Position numbers and translations under genes: made by a program. From Bacteriovoracaceae bacterium (GTDB lineage Bacteria; Bdellovibrionota; Bacteriovoracia; Bacteriovoracales; Bacteriovoracaceae), in contig JBMYPC010000049.1 in NCBI GenBank assembly GCA_049599895.1, positions 1-20,656 on the forward strand: a stretch of DNA of 20,656 nucleotides. Reading direction: 5' to 3'. Each line of letters opens with the position of its first letter. Within the stretch, counting starts at the first letter, position 1. The notes under the pieces are model-generated. The model saw nothing but the letters and a program-made list of their open reading frames with translations, had not been told where the DNA came from and ran no database searches. Below are positions 10,301 to 18,084 of the stretch, piece after piece.

Positions 10301-11364
10301 CTAGTGTTGATATAAAGTATAACGTGCAAAATGCAATCGTTTCACCTTTTGAAAATACAAGGGTTCTATTTAGTTCAGCAGGAAATCTTTTAGGTGATCA
10401 ACCTCCCTATGATTTAAAAGGAAAAATCTTATTGTTTCATGGAACAGTTCACGAAGAGTTCGACAAACTAACATCCCGTGAAGGTGAAAAAAATGTAACA
10501 TCAAAATTTGCACCAGAAAAAAAGTTTCAAGAAGGAATCAGGTTTTTAAATGCTGGCTTTGATGTTGAAATCTTAGAGTCTGTCCATGTGAGAAATAGCA
10601 TTGTCGACATCCATCTTGAAGGTGAATCAAAGATTAAAGGCCCTATGGACTCGATGAACTTTTTAGGAAGTTTTAATATTGATAAAGAAAAAGAAAATAA
10701 AATTCTTGTCAAAGGAAATAGTTTTCTTGTTTCTCGAGGTGCGTTTCAATTAACGGATTCAACCGAAGGGGTTACAATTGATCTTGAGGCTAATTCAAAA
10801 GTGAAGGATTATGACATTCAATTAAATGTCCAGGGAGAAGAAGATGATATTAAAATCACTCTCAAGTCTACTCCAACTTTATCAAAAGAAGATATTTTCT
10901 CACTTCTTACCTTAGGGGTTACTTCTGAGTCTTCCCGTGAGTTAAAGGAAGATCAAAAGAGTTCAATTGCAACAATTGGAATTGGTTCAATCATATTTGA
11001 TCAATTAAAAATTGGCCAAGGACTTAACAATTCTCTCGGCCTAAGGATGTCAATCTCACCTGAACTTCAATCTGACGCTGATTCTACATTACTTGAAGGA
11101 AAATCTGCTGTAGCGAGCTCAAAAAGAGTTAAAACAGCGACAAAAATTAAAATCGAAAAATCCTTTTCAGACAATGTTGACCTATCATTGTCTAATACTG
11201 TGGGAGGGAGTTCACAGCAAAAACAAGAGATGAATTTGATTTATAAAGTTAATGAAAATGTTTCTCTAGACGGTGTTTTAGAGGTAAAAGATGTAGATGA
11301 AGAAAGTTCTTCGGAATCACCTGAATCTGTTGGTTGGGACTTAAAGTACAAATGGTCATTTTAG
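7351..11364 (+). CDS. tamB: TamB/AsmA-like (DUF490) translocation and assembly module inner-membrane protein
   Basis: N-terminal TM anchor (YIISFLFVFAIASYAAL), about 1300 aa of alternating beta-strand pattern, C-terminal DUF490-like segments (VHVRNSIVDIHLEG; LKSTPTLSKEDIFSLLTLG) and terminal strand VGWDLKYKWSF. Adjacent to an Omp85 gene. Confidence 0.85.
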   Translation: MGKYLNKYIISFLFVFAIASYAALEFSRSKVVASFITKRINGYLSKQKNIKIYFEKIDIHPLTLSASVRNVSIETNELRGLTSDVNVKIKLFSLLRNKIAIDRIHVKNGEFFIHDFSFEKKGEKENENYKDYGSEIRKSLNLMKLKVFNSEYSDIVNELYIENSRIDFKDEQFLIDTIEITKNSKFASARVAFNVPTQKKIFAHDKIEMELTLSQTKFQVNSFKITDGFFSLMGEVSVLIAKDFQSKMVGSVDFKIPLDKISDFYPVEARGLAKGEIHLGGTLEGPHMRLNLDARNMGNEYIRFQRLNSNLAFRNQKISVEDIYIQNEDASVKLLKPFNIFDLKDSKILNFKALTQIEKYHTNDLLFSIDDILSGLKGKVSGKLLVDSRKSFNSTRFIGQKGMKLKDVEYFPVEDKLLGLKEVNLNLLNVHLDWPKDSVTIELKAKKQNQMIDVKGVVDNDNLRFDVFFKNFDFDRFKNISTVPFGGNGDLGITISGLEKTVFDFDMKAEELQILGLSFGESIGRMILTLDDLNLKVQNIKAKKNVSSYVIDGKVNFEKSEIDLDINHKNNRFEDIIEIMGVHFPKELNSLREIKMYSDVQYNVSGGFAFDKLKITGKLKSDKATYYGEEFKKPQMNFSLNNEVISLKRFSVNAFSGKIKGGLDYSIPRENLDYRMQLFQGRFEDVRFLKKGFPGVNSSFEIKASGSYGTSKQKGEVVLNLNRMQIGNSFFNKNQLDFSYNHSSMIWGVDFLDSQVLGASQYIFGGRKEKGAILDINFDINNGNDLFAAVKPEIIQNVDQMDTMFKGHLLLDVNFERKLMNKLSLGLDDFKVFYKGNRLAASKNSGFLIEKNKILKRKIQFDTNRKYKAEASIAAVDGLDLILKSKFLLPTNLAELFVPNVDYINGEISGEVEGKAGETLEFNSGMLELSNGGFKPKDIPVSVEKISGRLRLDKQRVEFYDFKGILGKGNLAAHGQIDFSNIIPSVDIKYNVQNAIVSPFENTRVLFSSAGNLLGDQPPYDLKGKILLFHGTVHEEFDKLTSREGEKNVTSKFAPEKKFQEGIRFLNAGFDVEILESVHVRNSIVDIHLEGESKIKGPMDSMNFLGSFNIDKEKENKILVKGNSFLVSRGAFQLTDSTEGVTIDLEANSKVKDYDIQLNVQGEEDDIKITLKSTPTLSKEDIFSLLTLGVTSESSRELKEDQKSSIATIGIGSIIFDQLKIGQGLNNSLGLRMSISPELQSDADSTLLEGKSAVASSKRVKTATKIKIEKSFSDNVDLSLSNTVGGSSQQKQEMNLIYKVNENVSLDGVLEVKDVDEESSSESPESVGWDLKYKWSF

Positions 11365-14174
11365 TGAGATTTCTTATTCTTTGTTTCGTATTGGCCTCCT
11401 CGGTAGAGGTGATGGCCTCTAATAATCGTCTTATTTGTTTACAAGAAGAATTTTGCAATAAAATTAATGAACAGCTTAAACAACAAGAAGAGCCAGATTT
11501 AAAAGAAGTTTTAAAAAGGTTTTCTCATATTAGTAAGGTTTATCAAAACCCTGCCACAGAAGAATTTATTGTCGAAGTGAGTATAAAAGCGACAAAGTTG
11601 AAGTTGTCCATCTCTCCTGATTTCTCTTCTGAGGTAGATGAAAAAATTCGAAAGATATTGAGTTTTGGAAATCAAAAAATCATTGATTCTGAAATGGCGA
11701 GACAAAGAGTTTTAAGTTTAAAAAACTTTCTTTCTAATGAAGGTTATTCAAACTCTAAGATCTTAGCGTATGAACAACGACAAGAGGGGGAACGTGTCCT
11801 TCATGTGGAGGTGAATACTGGTCAGATTCTTAGGTTTGAAGGCTATGAATCTAATATTCAATTTAAAGACCTGAACCTTGAATCATTTGAACAACGCTTT
11901 TCACTGCAAAAGGGGAAAGTCTTTGACAAGTTAAAGTATAGTTTGATGATTCAAGAAATTGAGCGATCCTTGATTAATCAGGGTTATGTTCTTGCTCGAG
12001 TTGAAGATAATCTTGTGGTCTCAGAAGAACTTGTTCGCTCAACGATTACAATAGAGGTTGGCCAAAAAGTTCAATTCAGTGTGAATGGAAATAAACTTAT
12101 TTCTCGAATGGACCTTGTGAGAGAGATCAAAAAGACTCTTCGTTCGACTTTGACTCAAAGAGAAGTGAAGCCTCAAATTGAAAAAGCGATACAGTCCTCT
12201 TATAAGAAAATTGGTTATTATTTTCCACAAATCGAAATATTAAAGTTAAAGGGAAGGTCAAGAAGTTCCCTTGAAGTGAGTCATTATTATATTCAGATTG
12301 AGGAAGGAGATAAGACGCCAATCTTTTCAGTCGATTTTTATGGCACTGAAGACAACAGAGGAAAATCACTAAAAGAAAAATTCTTTAAGATCGAAAGTGA
12401 ATTGATTCAGTCAGGGTTTTATGATCAAAACGCAACTGAGCAGTTTCAAAAAGAAATTATTCTCTACTACCAGGGACAAGGATTTCTCTCTGTAGCTGTT
12501 CAAAAGCCGAGAGTCCTCTTTACTCCAAAAGAAGTAAAAATTGTTTATAACATTGATGAAGGTGAGCAGTACCTTGTTAGTGAGATGGATGTTTGTGATT
12601 GTGATGAAGAGACCGAGAAGTTCGTTCGCTCGATTTTGATAAACAAAGAAGGGAAACCCTTTAATATAAATGTCATCGAATCTGATTTTAAGAAGGCCTT
12701 AAGCTTTCTCAAAGAGAAAGGTTATTTTTATGCTTTTCGAAGCTCGCCTCTTGGAAAAGATGTTGTTCAATATGACCTTCAAAACCGAAAGGCATCGATC
12801 GATTATCTCATCATTTCTGGTGCAAGGTTATCTTATGGGGGTTATGGAATTGCTGGGCTTCAAAAGACTAAAGACTATGTGGTTTCAAGAGAAATATTAC
12901 ATAAAGATGGAGATGTCCTTTCTCCTTCGAGTTTAAGGGACCTTGAGAACCGATTAAATAATCTTGGTCTTTTTCAAGTTGTTAAGGTTAAGCCAGTTAA
13001 GACTAGAGCACAGCTTTTAGGCCAAAAAAAGGCAAATTCTCAAATTCAAATTCAGGTAGAGGAAAGAGATTTTGGAAGTGGTGAAGCTGCTGTTGGTTAT
13101 CGAACTGACCTGGGTGCGAAGGTATCAACATCAATTGTTTATAATAATGTGAGTGGAAAAAACTGGATTGTTTCTGCTGATGCTGAATCCAATTATCGCT
13201 TCAGTCTTTCAAACTTAGATGCAAGAAGAGAAGCTGAAGGGGACAAGTTCATTGAGTACTCCTTGGGAGCAGGTATTACTTTTCCTTATTTCTTTGATCT
13301 TCCCATTAGGACAAACTTCTCTGTTGGTTACAAACTTCAAAGATATTTTGCTTTTGATGCTGAAATTGCTCGATTTACATATTCTAATGATTATCAATTT
13401 CTTAAAAACCTTTTTGGTAGACTCAAATATCAGCTTGAAACAATTAATCAGTCTGATGCAACGGAAGCAAGAGATAACGACAGCTTCCGAATTGGGTCCC
13501 TTACTCCATCTCTAACATTGGATTTGCGTGACAGAGTTGTGAACCCAAGAAGAGGTTCCTTTTTTAATGTCTCTTGGGAGTTTGCTAATCCTTATTTTCT
13601 TTCCCAAAACGACCAAGAAGACCTTGTCATCAATTTCAATAGATTCATCTCAAGAAGTAAGTTCTATCTTCCTGTAACCAACAAGATTACTTGGGCCAAC
13701 TCGATTTCATTTGGAATTGAAACAAACTTTGCAAAAGAAAAGACAAATACAAATGGTGAGACGAGTGCTGAAGGTTACATCCCGAGTATCAAGGTTTTTC
13801 GCTTAGATGGTCAGGACACTATTCGAGGCTATAAAGACAGTGAAATTAATCTTTTAGAGGGTGGACAGGATATTGGCGAAGTCATCATTGATGATGAGGC
13901 CTATTTCCTCGCCTACAAAACTGAGCTTCGCTACAGCTTGAATGACCAGATCGTTTTTGGAGTCTTTTTTGACGCTGGGCAGGTCGCGGTGAACTCTTTT
14001 TCACCTACAAAGGTTCGAACTTCCCTTGGAAATACTTTCAAATTTGTGACGCCTGTTGACTCTCTTGATTTAGACTATGGTGTCAAACTCAAGAGGAGGC
14101 GTACCCAAATATCCGACACTGAGCAGCGCAGGGAAGTATTTGGCCGTTTTCATCTCTCCATCGGCTTTTTCTAA
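11352..14174 (+). CDS. Omp85-family outer-membrane protein (TamA/BamA-like) with multiple POTRA domains
   Basis: Signal peptide (RFLILCFVLASSVEVMA), repeated POTRA motifs (NEGYSNSKI; NQGYVLARV; KIGYYFPQI; GQGFLSVAV; EKGYFYA; GLQKTKDYVVSRE...LNNLGLFQVV), barrel loop-6 IRGY (13821-13832), FFDAGQV, C-terminal FHLSIGFF. The start is likely ATG11352 or GTG11364, both overlapping the tamB end, rather than TTG11334. Confidence 0.9.
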   Translation: MVILVRFLILCFVLASSVEVMASNNRLICLQEEFCNKINEQLKQQEEPDLKEVLKRFSHISKVYQNPATEEFIVEVSIKATKLKLSISPDFSSEVDEKIRKILSFGNQKIIDSEMARQRVLSLKNFLSNEGYSNSKILAYEQRQEGERVLHVEVNTGQILRFEGYESNIQFKDLNLESFEQRFSLQKGKVFDKLKYSLMIQEIERSLINQGYVLARVEDNLVVSEELVRSTITIEVGQKVQFSVNGNKLISRMDLVREIKKTLRSTLTQREVKPQIEKAIQSSYKKIGYYFPQIEILKLKGRSRSSLEVSHYYIQIEEGDKTPIFSVDFYGTEDNRGKSLKEKFFKIESELIQSGFYDQNATEQFQKEIILYYQGQGFLSVAVQKPRVLFTPKEVKIVYNIDEGEQYLVSEMDVCDCDEETEKFVRSILINKEGKPFNINVIESDFKKALSFLKEKGYFYAFRSSPLGKDVVQYDLQNRKASIDYLIISGARLSYGGYGIAGLQKTKDYVVSREILHKDGDVLSPSSLRDLENRLNNLGLFQVVKVKPVKTRAQLLGQKKANSQIQIQVEERDFGSGEAAVGYRTDLGAKVSTSIVYNNVSGKNWIVSADAESNYRFSLSNLDARREAEGDKFIEYSLGAGITFPYFFDLPIRTNFSVGYKLQRYFAFDAEIARFTYSNDYQFLKNLFGRLKYQLETINQSDATEARDNDSFRIGSLTPSLTLDLRDRVVNPRRGSFFNVSWEFANPYFLSQNDQEDLVINFNRFISRSKFYLPVTNKITWANSISFGIETNFAKEKTNTNGETSAEGYIPSIKVFRLDGQDTIRGYKDSEINLLEGGQDIGEVIIDDEAYFLAYKTELRYSLNDQIVFGVFFDAGQVAVNSFSPTKVRTSLGNTFKFVTPVDSLDLDYGVKLKRRRTQISDTEQRREVFGRFHLSIGFF

Positions 14175-14253
14175 CAGAATTTCAGCTAGTTATGCTTTTT
14201 ATTGAATCCTGAAAAATCTTTAAAAATCTCTTTGTTTTATAGGGGTTACCTTA

Positions 14254-14283
14254 TTGACGTAGGGCCAAATAATATCGTATATG
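14254..14283 (+). promoter_or_regulatory. Possible sigma70 promoter of rplM-rpsI
   Basis: TTGACG at 14254-14259 is a good -35. The -10 is imperfect (TATATG at 14278-14283, 18-bp spacer). SD GAAGGA at 14316-14321. Confidence 0.35.
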
Positions 14284-14327
14284 TTGTCATCTAATTTTTT
14301 ATTTCGTTATTGAAAGAAGGATAAATT

Positions 14328-14765
14328 ATGTACACCCAGCGATCGTTCACGCTTAAGCCAGCTGATGCTAATAAGAAGTGGTTACTTATTGATGCCGAAG
14401 GACAAACTGTTGGAAGACTTGCTTCAAAAGTTGCAAATCTTTTAAGAGGAAAACATAATCCACAATTTACAAATCACACTGATTCAGGAGACTTTGTAGT
14501 TGTTGTTAATTCTGAAAAAGTTGAATTCACTGGAAATAAGTGGGAAAGCCAAAAGTATTACAGACACGCTGGTTTTGTTGGAAATCTTAAAGTGAGAACA
14601 GCTAAAGAACAAAGAGAGATCCATCCAGAGCTTATTCTGAAAGAAGCGGTAAAAGGTATGCTTCCAAAGAACAGCTTAGGAAGAAAGCAATTAAAGAAAT
14701 TAAAGATTTATGTTGGTGATAAGCACCCTCATGAAGCTCAAAATCCAGAAACTGTAAGTTTATAG
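14328..14765 (+). CDS. rplM: 50S ribosomal protein L13
   Basis: KWLLIDAEGQTVGRLAS, LRGKHNPQFT, DSGDFVVVVN, AVKGMLPKNSLGR, HPHEAQNP. Confidence 0.98.
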   Translation: MYTQRSFTLKPADANKKWLLIDAEGQTVGRLASKVANLLRGKHNPQFTNHTDSGDFVVVVNSEKVEFTGNKWESQKYYRHAGFVGNLKVRTAKEQREIHPELILKEAVKGMLPKNSLGRKQLKKLKIYVGDKHPHEAQNPETVSL

Positions 14766-14785
14766 GCGAATAAGGAAGAGTAGAA

Positions 14786-15190
14786 ATGGCTGGAAAAAGT
14801 AAAAATTGGGAAGTTCAATCAGTAGGAAGAAGAAAGTCTTCTGTAGCTCGAGTTTATATGTCAAAAGGTGAAGGCAAGATCATCATCAATAAAAGAGAGA
14901 TCTCAGATTACTTTCCAAAAGGGACTGACAGATATGTTGTTAACCAACCGCTTAACCTTTTAAAGGTTTCTGATAAGTATGACATTCTTATCAATGTAAA
15001 AGGTGGAGGAACAACAGGACAAGCAGGTGCTTGCCGTCTTGGTGTTGCTAGAGCAATCATCAATCTTGACCCAACAGTGAGAAAAGAACTTAAAGCTGCT
15101 GGATTCTTAACGAGAGATTCTAGAAAAGTTGAGAGAAAGAAGCCTGGTCTTCGTGGCGCAAGAAGAAAGTTCCAGTTCTCGAAACGTTAA
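14786..15190 (+). CDS. rpsI: 30S ribosomal protein S9
   Basis: GRRKSSVARV, VKGGGTTGQAGA, GFLTRDSRKVERKKPGLRGARRKFQFSKR. SD AAGGA upstream. Confidence 0.98.
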   Translation: MAGKSKNWEVQSVGRRKSSVARVYMSKGEGKIIINKREISDYFPKGTDRYVVNQPLNLLKVSDKYDILINVKGGGTTGQAGACRLGVARAIINLDPTVRKELKAAGFLTRDSRKVERKKPGLRGARRKFQFSKR

Positions 15191-15275
15191 CGAAAGCCGA
15201 GAGGGTTTCGGCCCCGCAGAGAGCCAGAAAGCGTCAGCGCCCGGTCGAACAGAAGCCAAACAATTATTATACAAC

Positions 15276-15306
15276 AAGCCCCGGTTTTTTCCCGGGGCTT
15301 TTTTTT
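15276..15306 (+). terminator. Rho-independent terminator of rplM-rpsI
   Basis: Inverted repeat AAGCCCCGG (15276-15284) / CCGGGGCTT (15292-15300), 7-nt loop, then a T run to 15306. Confidence 0.9.
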
Positions 15307-15403
15307 ATGTTACTGAAAACGTGAGTTTTCAAGCGGATTAAGCGTTAGCGCACGGTAATTGTATATTAGTCTTTTCGCTAAATAAGAGTTATTTTTTTTA
15401 ACC

Positions 15404-18043
15404 ATGAGTCATCGCTACATTGAAATTAAAGGTGCAAGGACCAATAACCTTAAAGATGTGAATGTTAAAATTCCTCTTGGGCAAATTACTTGTATTATGG
15501 GAGCATCTGGTTCAGGAAAGACAAGTCTCGCTCATCAAACCCTTTATGCGGAATCAAAGCGGCGGTTTCTGAATTCTCTTCCCAATAGTTTTCGGTTTTT
15601 CAGTGAGAAACCAGCTCCCTCCGATGTGGATTCGATTTTTCCAATTTTACCAGTTTGGAGTCTGCCGCAAAATAATCCGATTCTAAGTTCAAGACAAAAT
15701 GTTTTAGACTTAATTGAAGGAACTCATTCCGTTCTTGATCTTTTTTCTTCATGTGGAGAAGTTCATTGCCCTACTCATAAAGTTCCTCTTGAAAAAGTTG
15801 GCTTTGGGCCACAAATTTCAAGATTTCTAAAAAAGTGTCCGGCAAAGGCAAAAGCGATTCATGTTTTTGTTTCAAAAGATGCGTATGCAGAGAACTTTGA
15901 AAGCGGCCCTATCCCGACAAGGTCAGTTAAAGCAAAGTCTTCAGAGGTGCAGAGCTTTGATTCGGGGGATAATTATTTTGAACTTTTTCGTGTGAGATCA
16001 ACTCAAGCTGAAAAGATTGAAGAAAAAATTAATGAGCTTGAGCTTAAAAATGTGAAAAGCTATTTATTAAAATTTGATCATGGAAAAAGCTTTTCAGAGC
16101 TTATCGATTCAAAAAGCTACAAGTGTCCTCACTGTGATTATATATCAGAGTCGAGATTTACGCCTCGAAGTCTTTTAACTCCTTTTAATGGTCTTGGGGC
16201 CTGCTCGAGCTGTAAGGGTTATGGAACAATTTATATCTATGATCGAGCAAAAATGATCAAAGAGCCTTGGAAAACGATTCGAGAAGGTGCGGTCACAATT
16301 CTTCAATCAGCTCATTTTGATTATTATGAACCAATCTTTAAAAGTGAAATTCAAAAAATAGGCCTTTCTATTGACGTGCCTTTTAGTGATCTTCCTGAAA
16401 AAAAGTGGAAGTTTCTTTATGAGGGAGGAGGAAAGTTTCCTGGGCTTAATGCTTTTTTTGATTACCTTGAACGGAAACGTTACAAAAAAACAATTCGAAT
16501 TTTTACAAAACGAATCCAAACGGAAGTTCTTTGTCCTGTTTGTGAAGGGGCCAGGATCACCAAAGAAAATCATTCTTATGGTGTGAGAACAACTAAAGAG
16601 AATATTTTTTACAAAGACTCACTTTTATTAACGATTTCAGACGCGATTAAAAAATTTGAAGAGGCTAAAAAGGAGCATAACTTTAAAAATAAACAGTTTT
16701 TAAAGTTTATGAACTCTTTGAAAATTTGTGAAAATCTTGGGCTTGGTTATCTTCAGTTTAATCGAAAAGTTAAAAGTCTTACAGCCAGTGAATATCAAAG
16801 ACTCCTTCTTGTTAAATATTTTAGTTTTCAAGGCACCGGCAGCCTTTTTATTTTAGACGAGCCATCGCTTGGTCTTCGAGTAGAAGAGCAAAAGAAAATT
16901 TACTATTACCTCGAAAGGCTCAAGGCCCTCGGGAATACAGTACTTCTTGTTGATCATTCTGAGTTTCTCCAGTCAAAAGTAGATTATCGGATAGAGATGG
17001 GACCAGGTGCAGGTATTCATGGTGGAGAAATTCTTTACCAAGGAAAAAATAAAGATGCGACAAAGTCTACTCGGGCGAAGAAGCTTTCAAAAAAATCGAT
17101 AAAACCAGCAAAGGCCTTAAAGTTTGAAAAGGTTCACTTTTGGAATAAAACTTGTCCCGATCTTTCTGTTCCTCTGGGAGAGCTGACTCACATTTCAGGT
17201 CCTCCGGGGGTGGGAAAAACTTCTCTTTTTATAAAAACTTTAGCGAATGCCCATGCAAAATTAAACCAAGAAGAAAAGGTTTACGATGGAGATCTTCGCT
17301 ATAAAAAGATTCACAACCTTGAAAAGTTTAAGTCTGTTTATACAATTGATGCCTCGGCTCTTCACTCGAACTCAAGATCAACAGTCGGCACTTATCTTGA
17401 AATTTCTCCGGTGGTTCGAAACTATTATGCGAATCTTTTTCATTCTCAAAAGATGGGGCTTGAGAAAGGTCACTTCTCTCCAAACTCTGCTAAAGGACGT
17501 TGTTCAACTTGCGAAGGGCGAGGGTTTCTTGAAGCTGAGATGAAGTACTTTGAGAGTGTGAGATACACTTGTCCTGATTGTGAAGGACATAAACTTAATC
17601 CTCTTTACGCCAATATTACTGATGGAAAATATAAGTTTAAAGAAATCGTGAAAGTACCCTTGTCTGAAATATGGGATATCATTGTGACCTCGCCAAAGTT
17701 TGTTATTGTAAAAGAGCTTCTTGAAAAATTTCATCTGGATTATCTTAACTTGGGAAGACCTCTTACTTCTCTTTCTGGTGGCGAGAGGCAAAGGCTAAAA
17801 CTTGCAAAGCTCTTTCTTAAAAGTCATAAAGAAAGTCTGTTTGTTATCGAGAATCTCTCGTTTGGTCTTTCAAGCTTAGAACTTCTCTCAATTGGCAATT
17901 ATTTAAGGCAATTAACCGAAATGGACAATACAATCCTCGTGATTGACCCCAACCAAAAAGTCTCTAAATTCTCACATAACTCACTAGAATTAAAGGAGTC
18001 TCAAGGTTCTAAGATAAGGTCAGAGCTCAAAGAAAATAAATAG
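15404..18043 (+). CDS. UvrA-family ABC ATPase paralogue with one degenerate ATPase site
   Basis: IKGARTNNLK, GASGSGKTSLA, TLYAESKRRF, Zn ligands (CPTH/CPHC, CSSC/CPVC, CSTC/CPDC), LDEPS, EMGPGAGIHGG, GPPGVGKTS, LSGGERQRLKLA. Several motifs are degenerate (see findings), so the uvrA symbol is withheld. Confidence 0.9.
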   Translation: MSHRYIEIKGARTNNLKDVNVKIPLGQITCIMGASGSGKTSLAHQTLYAESKRRFLNSLPNSFRFFSEKPAPSDVDSIFPILPVWSLPQNNPILSSRQNVLDLIEGTHSVLDLFSSCGEVHCPTHKVPLEKVGFGPQISRFLKKCPAKAKAIHVFVSKDAYAENFESGPIPTRSVKAKSSEVQSFDSGDNYFELFRVRSTQAEKIEEKINELELKNVKSYLLKFDHGKSFSELIDSKSYKCPHCDYISESRFTPRSLLTPFNGLGACSSCKGYGTIYIYDRAKMIKEPWKTIREGAVTILQSAHFDYYEPIFKSEIQKIGLSIDVPFSDLPEKKWKFLYEGGGKFPGLNAFFDYLERKRYKKTIRIFTKRIQTEVLCPVCEGARITKENHSYGVRTTKENIFYKDSLLLTISDAIKKFEEAKKEHNFKNKQFLKFMNSLKICENLGLGYLQFNRKVKSLTASEYQRLLLVKYFSFQGTGSLFILDEPSLGLRVEEQKKIYYYLERLKALGNTVLLVDHSEFLQSKVDYRIEMGPGAGIHGGEILYQGKNKDATKSTRAKKLSKKSIKPAKALKFEKVHFWNKTCPDLSVPLGELTHISGPPGVGKTSLFIKTLANAHAKLNQEEKVYDGDLRYKKIHNLEKFKSVYTIDASALHSNSRSTVGTYLEISPVVRNYYANLFHSQKMGLEKGHFSPNSAKGRCSTCEGRGFLEAEMKYFESVRYTCPDCEGHKLNPLYANITDGKYKFKEIVKVPLSEIWDIIVTSPKFVIVKELLEKFHLDYLNLGRPLTSLSGGERQRLKLAKLFLKSHKESLFVIENLSFGLSSLELLSIGNYLRQLTEMDNTILVIDPNQKVSKFSHNSLELKESQGSKIRSELKENK

Positions 18044-18084
18044 CCGATAAAATAGATAAAGTATTCCGCGCTAAATTCCGAAAA
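18043..18084 (+). promoter_or_regulatory. Sigma28 (FliA)-like promoter elements
   Basis: Perfect sigma28 -10 GCCGATAA at 18043-18050 without a well-spaced -35. A second element, TAAAGTAT (18057-18064) N12 TCCGAAAA (18077-18084), follows. SD GAGGA at 18108-18112. Confidence 0.5.

Noticed and set aside
15195..15240. Hammerhead-like words on the minus strand (CTGACG...CGAAAC), or a c-di-GMP riboswitch
   Set aside because: The core reads CTGACGC rather than CTGANGA, stems I-III cannot be built convincingly, and the GEMM consensus is not matched.
15188..15316. Open frame continuing after the rpsI stop (possible read-through extension RKPRGFRPRREPES...)
   Set aside because: TAA is an efficient stop, S9 ends in its canonical SKR tail, and the extension would cross the terminator.
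15129..15341. 70-aa alternative-frame ORF overlapping the rpsI end; its ESREGFGPA resembles ESGEGRGPA in the 241-aa protein
   Set aside because: It starts inside rpsI, runs through the terminator and has no SD. The short peptide match is most likely chance.
15307..15403. SOS/LexA box or clear promoter upstream of the uvrA-like gene
   Set aside because: No palindrome matching a LexA box I know. TATATT (15362-15367) lacks a credible -35.
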